A stretch of 64,000 bases of DNA from Eledone cirrhosa (taxonomy: Eukaryota), in NCBI GenBank assembly GCA_964016885.1, contig OZ024743.1:135470001-135534000 (forward strand). Reading direction: 5' to 3'. This document shows, in pieces, positions 1-13,119 of this stretch. Numbering within the stretch: position 1 is the stretch's first letter; each line of letters begins with the position of its first letter. Under the pieces are notes generated by a model. That model was not told where the DNA came from. It saw only the letters and a list, made by a program, of their open reading frames with translations, and did not search any database. The position numbers and the translations under genes were made by a program.

Positions 1-2049
1 GGTGTTTGGTGCTTGGTGCTTGGTGTTTGTTGCTTGGTACTTGGTGCATGGTGTTTGGTACTGTGTGCTTGGTGTTTGGTGCTTGGTGTTTGGTGCTTGG
101 TGCTTGGTGTTTGGTGTTTGGTGTTTGATGCTTGGTGTTTGATGCTTGGTGCTTGGTGCTTGGTGTTTGGTGCTTGGTGTTTGTACTTGGTGTTTGGTGC
201 TTGGTGTTTTGTGCTTGGTTCTTGGTGTTTGGTGTTTGGTGCTTGGTGCTTGGTGCTTGGTGTTAGGTGTTTCGTGCTTGGTGCTTGGTGTTTGGTGTTT
301 GGTCCTTGGTGCTTGGTGTTTAGTACTTGGTGCTTGGTGTTTGTTGTTTGGTGTTTTCTGCTTGCTGCTTGGTGTTTGGTGCTTGGTGTTTGGTGCTAGG
401 TGCTTGGTGTTTGGTGTTTGGTGTTTGGTGTTTGATGCTTGGTGTTTGGTGCTTGGTGTTTGGTGTTTGGTGCTTGGTGCTTGGGGCTTGGTGTTTGGTG
501 CTTGGTGCTTGGTGCTTGGTGCTTGGTGTTTGCTGCTTGGTGTTTGGTGTTTGGTCTTTGGTGCTTGGTGCTTGGTGTTTGGTGCTTGGTGCTTGGTGCT
601 GGGTGGTTGGTATTTGGTGCTTGGTGCTTGGTGTTTGGTGCTTGGTGCTTGGTGCTTGGTGTTTAGTGCTTGGTGCTTAGTGCTTGGTCTTTGGTGCTTG
701 GGGTTTGGTGCTTGGTGCTTGGTGCTTGGTGTTTGTTGCTTGGTGTTTAGTGTTTGGTGCTTGGTGCTTGGGGTTTGGTGTTTGGTGCTTGGTACTTGGT
801 GCTTGGTGTTTGTTGCTTGGTGTTTAGTGTTTGGTGCTTGGTGCTTGGGGTTTGGTGTTTGGTGCTTGGTACTTGGTGTTTGGTGCTTGGTGTTTGGTGT
901 TTGGTGTTTGGTGTTTGGTGTATGCTGTTTGGTGTCTGCTTTTTGGTGTTTGGTGTTTGCTGTATGGTGTTTGCTGTTTGGTGTTTGGTGTTTGCTGTTT
1001 TGTGTTTGGTGTTTGCTGTTTGGTCTATGGTGCTTGGTGTTTGGTGTTTGGTGCTTGGTGTTTGGTGTTTGGTTCTTGGTGCTTGGTGCTTGGTGTTTGG
1101 TGTTTGGTGCTTGGTGTCTGGTGCTTGGTGTTTGGTGTTTGGTGTTTGGTGCTTGGTGTTTGGTGTTTGGTGTTTGGTGCTTGGTGCTTGGTGTTTGGTG
1201 TTTCGTGTTTGGTGTTTGGTGCTTGTTGCTTGGTGCTTGGTGCTTGGTGTTTGGTGCTTGGTGCTTGGTGTTTGGTGCTGGGTGCGTGGTGTTTGGTGCT
1301 TGGTGCTTGGTGCTTGGTGTTTGGTGTTTGGTGCTTGGTGCTTGGTGTTTGGTGTTTGGTGTTATATGCTTGGTGTTTGATGCTTGGTGCTTGGTGCTTG
1401 GTGTTTGGTGCTTGGTGGTTGGTGTTTTGTACTTGGTGCTTGGTGCTTGGTTCTTGGTGTTTGGTGCTTGGTGTTTGGTGCTTGGTGCTTGGTGTTTGGT
1501 GCTTGGTGTTTGGTGCTTGGTGTTTGGTGCTTGGTGCCTGGTGCTTGGTGCTTGGTGCTTGGTGTTTGGTGCTTGGTGTTTGGTGCTTGGTGTTAGGTGT
1601 TTGGTGCTTGGTGCTTGGTGTTTGGTGCTTGGCGTTTGGTGCTTGGTGCTTGGTGTTTGGTGTTTGGTGCTTGGTGTTTGGTGCTTGGTACTTGGTGCTT
1701 GGTGCTTGGTGTTAGGTGTCTGGTGCTTGGTGCTTGGTGTTTGGTTTTTGGTGCTTGGTGCTTGGTGTTTGGTGTTTGGTGCTTGCTGCTGGCTGCTTGG
1801 TGTTTGGTGCTTGGTGATTGGTGCTTGGTGTTTGGTGCTTGGTGTTTGGTGTTTGGTACTAGGTGCTTGGTGCTTGGTGTTTGGTGCTTGGTGCTTTGTG
1901 TCTGGTGTTTGGTGTTTGGTGCTTGGTGCTTGGTGTTTGGTGCTTGGTCTTTGGTGCTTGGTGTTTGGTGCTTGGTGCTTGGTGTTTGGTGCTTGGTGCT
2001 TGGTGATTAGTGTTTGGTGCTTGGTGCTTGTGGTTTGGTGTTTGATGCT

Positions 2050-3230
2050 TGGTGCTTGGTGTTTGGTGCTTGGTGCTTGGTGTTTGGTGCTTGGTGTTTG
2101 GTTTTTGCTGTTTGCTGTTTGGTGTTTGGTGTTTGGTGTTTGCTGTTTGCTGTTTGGTATCTGCTTTTTGGTGTTTGGTGTTTGCTGTATGGTGTTTGCT
2201 GTTTCGTGTTTATTGTTTGCTGTTTGGTGTTTGGTGTTTGGTGTTTCCTGTTTGGTCTTTAGTCTTTGGTGCTTGGTGTTTGGTGCTTGGTGCTTGGTGT
2301 TTGGTGCTTGGTGGTTGGTGCTTGTTGTTCGGTGATTGGTGCTTGGTGTTTGGTGGTTGGTGCTTGGGGCTTGGTGTTTGGTGCTGCGTGCTTGGTGCTT
2401 GGTGCTTGGTGCTTGGTGTTTTGTGTTTGGTGTTTGATGCTTGGTGTTTGGTGTTTGGTGTTTGGTGCTTGGTGCTTGGTGTTTGGTGTTTGATGCTTGG
2501 TGCTTGATGCTTGGTGCTTGGTGCTTGGTGTTTGGTGCTTGGTGCTTGGTGATTGTACTTGGTGCTTGGTGCTTGGTGTTTGGTGCTTGGTGTTTGGTGC
2601 TTGGTGTTTGGTGTTTGCTCTTTGCTGTATGGTGTTTGGTGTTTGCTGCTTGGTGCTTGGTGTTTGGTGCTTGGTGCTTGGTGTTTGGTGCTTGGTGTTT
2701 GGTTTTTGCTGTTTGCTGTTTGGTGTTTGGTGTTTGGTGTTTGCTGTTTGCTGTTTGGTATCTGCTTTTTGGTGTTTGGTGTTTGCTGTATGGTGTTTGC
2801 TGTTTCGTGTTTATTGTTTGCTGTTTGGTGTTTGGTGTTTGGTGTTTGGTGTTTCCTGTTTGGTCTTTAGTCTGTGGTGCTTGGTGTTTGGTGCTTGGTG
2901 CTTGGTGTTTGGTGCTTGGTGGTTGGTGCTTGTTGTTCGGTGATTGGTGCTTGGTGTTTGGTGGTTGGTGCTTGGGGCTTGGTGTTTGGTGCTGCGTGCT
3001 TGGTGCTTGGTGCTTGGTGCTTGGTGTTTTGTGTTTGGTGTTTGATGCTTGGTGTTTGGTGTTTGGTGTTTGGTGCTTGGTGCTTGATGCTTGGTGCTTG
3101 GTGCTTGGTGTTTGGTGCTTGGTGCTTGGTGATTGTACTTGGTGCTTGGTGCTTGGTGTTTGGTGCTTGGTGTTTGGTGCTTGGTGTTTGGTGTTTGCTC
3201 TTTGCTGTATGGTGTTTGGTGTTTGCTGCT
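2050..3230 (+). repeat. Imperfect ~600-bp tandem duplication within the satellite
   Basis: Rare landmarks are duplicated: GTTTTTGCTG 2101->2702 (+601), TTGTTCGGTGA and CTGCGTGC (+608), GATTGTAC (+580). The offsets differ by multiples of 7. Confidence 0.75.
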
Positions 3231-5262
3231 TGGTGTTTGGTGTTTGGTGTTTGCTGTTTGGTGTTTGCTGTTTGGTGCTTGGTGTTTGGTGTTTGGTGCT
3301 TGGTGCTTGGTGTTTGGTGCTTGGTGTTTGGTGTTTTGTGCTTGGTGCTTGGTGTTTGGTGTTTGGTGCTTGATGTTTGGTGTTTGGTGCTTGGTGCTTG
3401 GTGTTTGTTGCTTGGTACTTGGTGCATTGTGTTTGATGCTTGGTGTTTGATGCTTGGTGCTTGGTGTTTGGTGCTTGGTGTTTGTACTTGGTGCTTGGTG
3501 CTTGGTGTTTTGTGCTTGGTTCTTGGTGTTTGGTGTTTGGCGCTTGGTGTTTGTTGTTTGGTGCTTTCTGCTTGCTGCTTGGTGTTTGGTGCTTGGTGAT
3601 TGGTGCTTGGTGTTTGGTGCTTGGTGCTTGGTGTTTGGTGTTTGGTGCTAGGTGCTTGGTGTTTGGTGTCTGGTGTTTGGTGCTTGGTGTTTGGTGTTTG
3701 GTGCTTCGTGCTTGGGGCTTGGTGTTTGGTGCTAGGTGCTTGGTGCTTGGTGCTTGGTGTTTGGTGCTTGGTGTTTGGTGCTTGGTACTTGGGGCTTGGT
3801 GTTTGGTGCTTGGTGCTTGGTGTTTGGTGCTTGGTGCTTGGTGTTTGGTGTTTGGTGCTTGGTGCTTGGTGCTGGGTGGTTGGTGTTTGGTGCTTGGTGC
3901 TTGGTGTTTGGTGCTTGGTGCTTGGTGCTTGGTGTTTGGTGCTTGGTGCTTGGTGCTTGGTCTTTGGTGCTTGGTGTTTGGTGTTTGGTGTTTGGTGCTT
4001 GGTGCTTGGTGCTTGGTCTTTGGTGCTTGGTGTTTGGTGTTTGGTGTTTGGTGCTTGGTGCTTGGTGTTGGGTGCTTGGTGCTTGGTGTTTGGTGCTTGG
4101 TGTTTGGTTTTTGCTGTTTGGTGTTTGGTGTTTGGTGTTTGCTGTTTGCTGTTTGGTGTCTGCTTTTTGGTGTTTGGTGTTTGCTGTATGGTGTTTGCTG
4201 TTTCGTGTTTATTGTTTGCTGTTTGGTGTTTGGTGTTTGGTGTTTGGTGTTTCCTGTTTGGTCTTTAGTCTTTGGTGCTTGGTGTTTGGTGCTTGGTGCT
4301 TGGTGTTTGGTGCTTGGTGCTTGTTGTTTGGTGATTTGTGCTTTGTGCTTGGTGTTTGGTGTTTGGTGCTTGGGTCTTGGTGTTTGGTGCTGCGTGGTTG
4401 GTGCTTGGTGCTTGGTGCTTGGTGTTTTGTGTTTGGTGTTTGATGCTTGGTGTTTGGTGTTTGGTGTTTGGTGCTTGGTGCTTGGTGTTTGGTGTTTGAT
4501 GCTTGGTGCTTGATGCTTGGTGCTTGGTGTTTGGTGCTTGTTGTTTGTACTTGGTGCTTGGTGCTTGGTGTTTGGTGCTTGGTGTTTGGTGCTTGGCGTT
4601 TGGTGTTTGCTGTTTGCTGTTTGCTGTTTGGTATTTGCTGTTTGGTGTTTGGTGTTTGCTGTTTGGTGTTTGCTGTTTGGTGTTTGGTGCTTGCTGTTTG
4701 GTGCTTGGTGTTTGGTGCTTGGTGTTTGGTGTTTGGTGTTTGGTGTTTGGTGCTTGGTGCTTGGGGCTTGGTGTTTGGTGCTTGGTGCTTGGTGCTTGGT
4801 GTTTGGTGTTTGGTGCTTGGTGTTTGGTGCTTGCTGTTTGGTGCTTGGTGCTGGGTGTTTGGTGCTTGGTGTTTGGTGCATGGTGCTTGGTGCTTGGTGT
4901 TTGTCGCTTGGTGCTTGGTGCTTGGTGTTGGTGCTTGGTGTTTGGTGTTTGGTGCTTGGTGCTTGGTTTTTGGTGTTTGGTGCTTGGTGTTTGGTGCTTG
5001 GTGCTTGGTGTTTGTTGCTTGGTACTTGGTGCATGGTGTTTGGTGCTGGGTGCTTGGTGTTTGGTGCTTGGTGTTTGGTGCTTGGTGCTTGGTGTTTGGT
5101 GTTTGGTGTTTGATGCTTGGTGTTTGATGCTTGGTGCTTGGTGCTTGGTGTTTGGTGCTTGGTGTTTGTACTTGGTGCTTGGTGTTTTGTGCTTGGTTCT
5201 TTGTGTTTGGTGTTTGGTGCTTGGTGCTTGGTGCTTGGTGTTAGGTGTTTGGTGCTTGGTGC

Positions 5263-8200
5263 TTGGTGTTTGGTGTTTGGTCCTTGGTGCTTGGTGTTTA
5301 GTGCTTGGTGCTTGGAGTTTGTTGTTTGGTGCTTTCTGCTTGCTGCTTGGTGTTTGGTGCTTGGTGCTTGGTGCTTGGTGTATGGTGTTTGGTGCTAGGT
5401 GCTTGGTGTTTGGTGTTTGGTGTTTGATGCTGGGTGTTTGGTGCTTGGTGTTTGGTGTTTTGTGCTTGGTGCTTGGGGCTTGGTGTTTAGTGCTTGGTGC
5501 TTGGTGCTTGGTGTTTGGTGCTTGGTGCTTGGTGTTTGGTGTTTGGTGCTTGGTGCTTGGTGTTTGGTGCTTGGTGCTTGGTGCTGGGTGGTTGGTATTT
5601 GGTGCTTGGTGCTTGGTGTTTGGTGCTTGGTGCTTGGTGCTTGGTGTTTGGTGCTTGGTGCTTGGTGCTTGGTCTTTGGTGCTTGGTGTTTGGTGCTTGG
5701 TGCTTGGTGCTTGGTGTTTGGTGCTTGGTGATTAGTGTTTGGTGCTTGGTGCTTGGGGTTTGGTGTTTGGTGCTTGGTACTTGGTGTTTGGTGCTTGGTG
5801 TTTGGTGTTTGCTGTTTGGTGTTTGGTGTTTGGTGTTTGCTGTTTGCTTTTTGGTGTTTGGTGTTTGCTGTATGGTGTTTGCTGTTTGGTGTTTGGTGTT
5901 TGCTGTTTGGTGTTTGGTGTTTGCTGTTTGGTGCTTGGTGCTTGGTGTTTGGTGTTTGGTGCTTGGTGCTTGGTTTTTGGTGTTTGTTGCTTGGTGCTTG
6001 GTGCTTGGTGTTTGGTGTTTGGTGTTTGGTGCTTGGTGTCTGGTGCTTGGTGTTTGGTGTTTGGTGTTTGGTGCTTGGTGTTTGGTGTTTGGTGTTTGGT
6101 GCTTGGTGTTTGGTGTTTGGTGTTTGGTGTTTGGTGCTTGTTGCTTGGTGCTTGGTGCTTGGTGTTTGGTGCTTGGTGCTTGGTGTTTGTTGCTGGGTGC
6201 TTGGTGTTTGGTGCTTGGTGCTTGGTGCTTGGTGTTTGGTGTTTGGTGCTTGGTGCTTGGTGTTTGGTGTTTGGTGTTATATGCTTGGTGTTTGATGCTT
6301 GGTGCTTGGTGCTTGGTATTTGGTGTTTGGTGTTTGGTGCTTGGTGTTTGATGCTTGGTGCTTGGTCCTTGGTGTTTGGTGCTTGGTGCTTGGTGTTTGT
6401 ACTTGGTGCTTGGTGCTTGGTTCTTGGTGCTTGGTGCTTGGTGCTTGGTGCTTTGTGCTTGGTGTTTGGTGCTTGGTGTTTGGTGCTTGGTGTTTGGTGC
6501 TTGGTGCCTGGTGCTTGGTGCTTGGTGCTTGGTGTTTGGTGCTTGGTGTTTGGTGCTTGGTGTTAGGTGTTTGGTGCTTGGTGCTTGGTGTTTGGTGTTT
6601 GGTGCTTGGTGTTTGGTGCTTGGTGCTTGGTGTTTGGTGTTTGGTGCTTGGTGTTTGGTGCTTGGTACTTGGTGCTTGGTGCTTGGTGTTAGGTGTTTGG
6701 TGCTTGGTGCTTGGTGTTTGGTTTTTGGTGATTGTTGCTTGGTGTTTGGTGTTTGGTGCTTGCTGCTGGCTGCTTGGTGTTTGGTGCTTGGTGATTGGTG
6801 CTTGGTGTTTGGTGCTTGGTGTTTGGTGTTTGGTACTAGGTGCTTGGTGATTGGTGTTTGGCGCTTGGTGCTTGGTGTTTGGTGTTTGGTGTTTGGTGCT
6901 TGCTGCTTGGTGCTTGGTGCTGGGTGGTTGGTGTTTGGTGCTTGGTGATTAGTGTTTGGTGCTAGGTGCTTGGGGTTTGGTGTTTGGTGCTTGGTGCTTG
7001 GTGTTTGGTGCTTGGTGCTTGGTGTTTGGTGCTTGGTGCTTGGTGTTTGGTGTTTGCTGTTTGCTGTTTGGTGTTTGTTGTTTGGTGTTTGTTGTTTGGT
7101 GTTTGCTGTTTGGCGTTTGGTATTTGGTGTTTGCTGTTTGATGTCTGCTTTTTGGTGTTTGGTGTTTGCTGTATGTTGTTTGCTGTTTGGTGTTTGGTGT
7201 TTGGTGTTTGGTGTTTGGTGCTTGGTGCTTGGTGTTTGGTGCTTGGTGCTTGGTGTTTGGTGCCTGGTGCTTGGTACTTGGTGTTTGGTGTTTGGTGCTT
7301 GGTGCTTGGTGCTTGGAGTTTGGTGTTTGGTGCTTGGTGCTTGGTGTTTTGTGTTTGGTGTTTGGTTTTTGGTGCTTGATGCTTGGTGCTTGGTGCTTAG
7401 TCCTTGGTGTTTGGTGCTTGGTGCTTGGTGTTTGTACTTGGTGCTTGGTGCTTGGTGTTTGGTTCTTGGTTCTTGGTGTTTGGTACTTGGTGCTTGGTGC
7501 TTGGTGCTTGGTGTTAGGTGTTTGGTGCTTGGTGCTTGGTGTTTGGTGCTTGGTGTTTGCTGTCTGGTGTTTGGTGTTTGGTGTTTGCTGTTTGCTGTTT
7601 GGTGTCTGCTTTTTGGTGTTTGGTGTTTGCTGTATGGTGTTTGCTGTTTGGTGTTTGGTGCTTCGTGTTTGGTGTTTGGTCTTTGGTGCTTGGTGTCTGG
7701 TGCTTGATGTTTGGTGTTTGGTGTTTGGTGCTTGGTGCTTGGTGTTTGGTGCTTGGTGCTTGGTGTTTGTACTTGGTGCTTGGTGCTTGGTGTTTGGTGC
7801 TTGGTTCTTGGTGTTTGGTGCTTGGTGTTTGGTGCTTGGTGCTTGGTGTTTGGTGCTTGGTGCTTGGTGTTTGGTGTTTGGTGCTTGGTGCTTGGTGCTT
7901 GGTGTTAGGTGTTTGGTGCTTGGTGCTTGGTGTTTAGTGTTTGGTTCTTGGTGCTTGGTATTTGGTGCTTGGTGCTTGCTGCTTGGTGTTTGGTGCTTGG
8001 TGATTGATGCTTGGTGTTTGGTGCTTGGTGCCCAGTGTTTGGTTTTTGGTGCTAGGTGCTTGGTGCATGGTGTTTGGTGCTTGGTGTTTGGTGTTTGGTG
8101 GTTGGTGCTTGGGGATTGGTGTTTGGTACTTGGTGCTTGGTGCTTGGTGTTTGGTGCTTGGTGCTTGGTGTTTGGTGTTTGGTGCTTGGTGCTTGGTATT

Positions 8201-9344
8201 TGGTGCTTGGTGCTTGGTGTTTGGTGTTTGGTGCTTGGTGCTTGGTGTTTGGTGCTTGGTGCTTGGTGCTTGTTGTTTGGTGATTGGTGCTTGGTGCTTG
8301 GTGTTTGGTGTTTGGTGCTTGGGGCTTGGTTTTTGGTGCTGCGTGCTTGGTGCTTGGTGCTTGGTGCTTGGTGCTTGGTGTTTGATGCTTGGTGTTTGAT
8401 GCTTTGTGTTTGGTGTTTGGTGTTTGGTGCTTGGTGTTTGGTGTTTGATGCTTGGTGCTTGATGCTTGGTGCTTGGTGCTTGGTGTTTGGTGCTTGGTGC
8501 TTGGTGTTTGGTGTTTGGTGCTTGGTGCTTGGTGTTTGGTGCTTGGTGCTTGGTGCTTGTTGTTTGATGATTGGTACTTGGTACTTGGTGTTTGGTGTTT
8601 GGTGCTTGGGGCTTGGTATTTGGTGCTGCGTGCTTGGTGCTTGGTGCTTGGTGCTTGGTGCTTGGTGTTTTGTGTTTGGTGTTTGATGCTTGGTGCTTGG
8701 TGTTTGGTGTTTGGTGCTTGGTGTTTGGTGTTTGCTGTTTGCTGTTTGCTGTTTGGTGTTTGCTGTTTGGTGTTTGGTGTTTGGTGTTTGCTGTTTGGTG
8801 TTTGTTGTTTGGTGTTTGGTGCTTGCTGTTTGGTGCTTGGTGTTTGGTGCTTGGTGCTTGGTGTTTGGTGTTTGGTGTTTGGTGCTTGGTGCTTGGGGCT
8901 TGATTTGGTGCTTGGTGCTTGGTGCTTGGTGTTTGGTGTTTGGTGCTTGGTGTTTGGTGCTTGGTGCTTGGTGCTGGGTGTTTGGTGCTTGGTGTTTGGT
9001 GCATGGTGCTTGGTGCTTGTTGTTTGTCGCTTGTTGCTTGGTGCTTGGTGTTTGGTGCTTGGTGCTTGGTGTTTGGTGTTTGGTGCTTGGTGCTTGGTGT
9101 TTGGTGTTTGGTGCTTCGTGTTTGGTGTTTGGTGCTTGGTGCTTGGTGTTTGCTGCTTGGTACTTGGTGCATGGTGTTTGGTGCTGGGTGCTTGGTGTTT
9201 GGTGCTTGGTGTTTGGTGCTTGGTGCTTGGTGTTTGGTGTTTGGTGTTTGATGCTTGGTGTTTTATGCTTGGTGCTTGGTGTTTGGTGCTTGGTGTTTGT
9301 ACTTGGTGCTTGGTGCTTGGTGTTTTGTGCTTGGTTCTTGGTGT
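5263..9344 (+). repeat. HOR-A copy 1 (4082 bp, about 584 monomers)
   Basis: Landmarks recur at +4082: TTATATGC 6277->10359; ORF-track patterns 5399->9481, 5494->9576, 6952->11034. The length equals 584x7-6, which matches four 6-bp TTGTAC monomers plus one 5-bp TTGAT monomer. The start is approximate. Confidence 0.88.
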
Positions 9345-12300
9345 TTGGTGTTTGGTGTTTGGTCCTTGGTGCTTGGTGTTTAGTGCTTGGTGCTTGGAGT
9401 TTGTTGTTTGGTGCTTTCTGCTTGCTGCTTGGTGTTTGGTGCTTGGTGCTTGGTGCTTGGTGTATGGTGTTTGGTGCTAGGTGCTTGGTGTTTGGTGTTT
9501 GGTGTTTGATGCTGGGTGTTTGGTGCTTGGTGTTTGGTGTTTTGTGCTTGGTGCTTGGGGCTTGGTGTTTAGTGCTTGGTGCTTGGTGCTTGGTGTTTGG
9601 TGCTTGGTGCTTGGTGTTTGGTGTTTGGTGCTTGGTGCTTGGTGTTTGGTGCTTGGTGCTTGGTGCTGGGTGGTTGGTATTTGGTGCTTGGTGCTTGGTG
9701 TTTGGTGCTTGGTGCTTGGTGCTTGGTGTTTGGTGCTTGGTGCTTGGTGCTTGGTCTTTGGTGCTTGGTGTTTGGTGCTTGGTGCTTGGTGCTTGGTGTT
9801 TGGTGCTTGGTGATTAGTGTTTGGTGCTTGGTGCTTGGGGTTTGGTGTTTGGTGCTTGGTACTTGGTGTTTGGTTCTTGGTGTTTGGTGTTTGCTGTTTG
9901 GTGTTTGGTGTTTGGTGTTTGCTGTTTGCTTTTTGGTGTTTGGTGTTTGCTGTATGGTGTTTGCTGTTTGGTGTTTGGTGTTTGCTGTTTGGTGTTTGGT
10001 GTTTGCTGTTTGGTGCTTGGTGCTTGGTGTTTGGTGTTTGGTGCTTGGTGCTTGGTTTTTGGTGTTTGTTGCTTGGTGCTTGGTGCTTGGTGTTTGGTGT
10101 TTGGTGTTTGGTGCTTGGTGTCTGGTGCTTGGTGTTTGGTGTTTGGTGTTTGGTGCTTGGTGTTTGGTGTTTGGTGTTTGGTGCTTGGTGTTTGGTGTTT
10201 GGTGTTTGGTGTTTGGTGCTTGTTGCTTGGTGCTTGGTGCTTGGTGTTTGGTGCTTGGTGCTTGGTGTTTGTTGCTGGGTGCTTGGTGTTTGGTGCTTGG
10301 TGCTTGGTGCTTGGTGTTTGGTGTTTGGTGCTTGGTGCTTGGTGTTTGGTGTTTGGTGTTATATGCTTGGTGTTTGATGCTTGGTGCTTGGTGCTTGGTA
10401 TTTGGTGTTTGGTGTTTGGTGCTTGGTGTTTGATGCTTGGTGCTTGGTCCTTGGTGTTTGGTGCTTGGTGCTTGGTGTTTGTACTTGGTGCTTGGTGCTT
10501 GGTTCTTGGTGCTTGGTGCTTGGTGCTTGGTGCTTTGTGCTTGGTGTTTGGTGCTTGGTGTTTGGTGCTTGGTGTTTGGTGCTTGGTGCCTGGTGCTTGG
10601 TGCTTGGTGTGTGCTGCTTGGTGCTTGGTGTTTGGTGCTTGGTGTTAGGTGTTTGGTGCTTGGTGCTTGGTGTTTGGTGTTTGGTGCTTGGTGTTTGGTG
10701 CTTGGTGCTTGGTGTTTGGTGTTTGGTGCTTGGTGTTTGGTGCTTGGTACTTGGTGCTTGGTGCTTGGTGTTAGGTGTTTGGTGCTTGGTGCTTGGTGTT
10801 TGGTTTTTGGTGATTGTTGCTTGGTGTTTGGTGTTTGGTGCTTGCTGCTGGCTGCTTGGTGTTTGGTGCTTGGTGATTGGTGCTTGGTGTTTGGTGCTTG
10901 GTGTTTGGTGTTTGGTACTAGGTGCTTGGTGATTGGTGTTTGGCGCTTGGTGCTTGGTGTTTGGTGTTTGGTGTTTGGTGCTTGCTGCTTGGTGCTTGGT
11001 GCTGGGTGGTTGGTGTTTGGTGCTTGGTGATTAGTGTTTGGTGCTAGGTGCTTGGGGTTTGGTGTTTGGTGCTTGGTGCTTGGTGTTTGGTGCTTGGTGC
11101 TTGGTGTTTGGTGCTTGGTGCTTGGTGTTTGGTGTTTGCTGTTTGCTGTTTGGTGTTTGTTGTTTGGTGTTTGTTGTTTGGTGTTTGCTGTTTGGTGTTT
11201 GGTATTTGGTGTTTGCTGTTTGATGTCTGCTTTTTGGTGTTTGGTGTTTGCTGTATGTTGTTTGCTGTTTGGTGTTTGGTGTTTGGTGTTTGGTGTTTGG
11301 TGCTTGGTGCTTGGTGTTTGGTGCTTGGTGCTTGGTGTTTGGTGCCTGGTGCTTGGTACTTGGTGTTTGGTGTTTGGTGTCTGCTTTTTGGTGTTTGGTG
11401 TTTGCTGTATGGTGTTTGCTGTTTGGTGTTTGGTGCTTCGTGTTTGGTGTTTGGTCTTTGGTGCTTGGTGTCTGGTGCTTGATGTTTGGTGTTTGGTGTT
11501 TGGTGCTTGGTGCTTGGTGTTTGGTGCTTGGTGCTTGGTGTTTGTACTTGGTGCTTGGTGCTTGGTGTTTGGTGCTTGGTTCTTGGTGTTTGGTGCTTGG
11601 TGTTTGGTGCTTGGTGCTTGGTGTTTGGTGCTTGGTGCTTGGTGTTTGGTGTTTGGTGCTTGGTGCTTGGTGCTTGGTGTTAGGTGTTTGGTGCTTGGTG
11701 CTTGGTGTTTAGTGTTTGGTTCTTGGTGCTTGGTATTTGGTGCTTGGTGCTTGCTGCTTGGTGTTTGGTGCTTGGTGATTGATGCTTGGTGTTTGGTGCT
11801 TGGTGCCCAGTGTTTGGTTTTTGGTGCTAGGTGCTTGGTGCATGGTGTTTGGTGCTTGGTGTTTGGTGTTTGGTGGTTGGTGCTTGGGGATTGGTGTTTG
11901 GTACTTGGTGCTTGGTGCTTGGTGTTTGGTGCTTGGTGCTTGGTGTTTGGTGTTTGGTGCTTGGTGCTTGGTATTTGGTGCTTGGTGCTTGGTGTTTGGT
12001 GTTTGGTGCTTGGTGCTTGGTGTTTGGTGCTTGGTGCTTGGTGCTTGTTGTTTGGTGATTGGTGCTTGGTGCTTGGTGTTTGGTGTTTGGTGCTTGGGGC
12101 TTGGTTTTTGGTGCTGCGTGCTTGGTGCTTGGTGCTTGGTGCTTGGTGCTTGGTGTTTGATGCTTGGTGTTTGATGCTTTGTGTTTGGTGTTTGGTGTTT
12201 GGTGCTTGGTGTTTGGTGTTTGATGCTTGGTGCTTGATGCTTGGTGCTTGGTGCTTGGTGTTTGGTGCTTGGTGCTTGGTGTTTGGTGTTTGGTGCTTGG

Positions 12301-13119
12301 TGCTTGGTGTTTGGTGCTTGGTGCTTGGTGCTTGTTGTTTGATGATTGGTACTTGGTACTTGGTGTTTGGTGTTTGGTGCTTGGGGCTTGGTATTTGGTG
12401 CTGCGTGCTTGGTGCTTGGTGCTTGGTGCTTGGTGCTTGGTGTTTTGTGTTTGGTGTTTGATGCTTGGTGCTTGGTGTTTGGTGTTTGGTGCTTGGTGTT
12501 TGGTGTTTGCTGTTTGCTGTTTGCTGTTTGGTGTTTGCTGTTTGGTGTTTGGTGTTTGGTGTTTGCTGTTTGGTGTTTGTTGTTTGGTGTTTGGTGCTTG
12601 CTGTTTGGTGCTTGGTGTTTGGTGCTTGGTGCTTGGTGTTTGGTGTTTGGTGTTTGGTGCTTGGTGCTTGGGGCTTGATTTGGTGCTTGGTGCTTGGTGC
12701 TTGGTGTTTGGTGTTTGGTGCTTGGTGTTTGGTGCTTGGTGCTTGGTGCTGGGTGTTTGGTGCTTGGTGTTTGGTGCATGGTGCTTGGTGCTTGTTGTTT
12801 GTCGCTTGTTGCTTGGTGCTTGGTGTTTGGTGCTTGGTGCTTGGTGTTTGGTGTTTGGTGCTTGGTGCTTGGTGTTTGGTGTTTGGTGCTTCGTGTTTGG
12901 TGTTTGGTGCTTGGTGCTTGGTGTTTGCTGCTTGGTACTTGGTGCATGGTGTTTGGTGCTGGGTGCTTGGTGTTTGGTGCTTGGTGTTTGGTGCTTGGTG
13001 CTTGGTGTTTGGTGTTTGGTGTTTGATGCTTGGTGTTTTATGCTTGGTGCTTGGTGTTTGGTGCTTGGTGTTTGTACTTGGTGCTTGGTGCTTGGTGTTT
13101 TGTGCTTGGTTCTTGGTGT
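9345..13119 (+). repeat. HOR-A copy 2 (3775 bp; 307-bp internal deletion at about 11379)
   Basis: Landmarks recur at +3775: TTATATGC 10359->14134; ORF patterns 7934->11709, 9576->13351. The segment matching 7298-7604 of copy 1 is absent. Confidence 0.88.
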
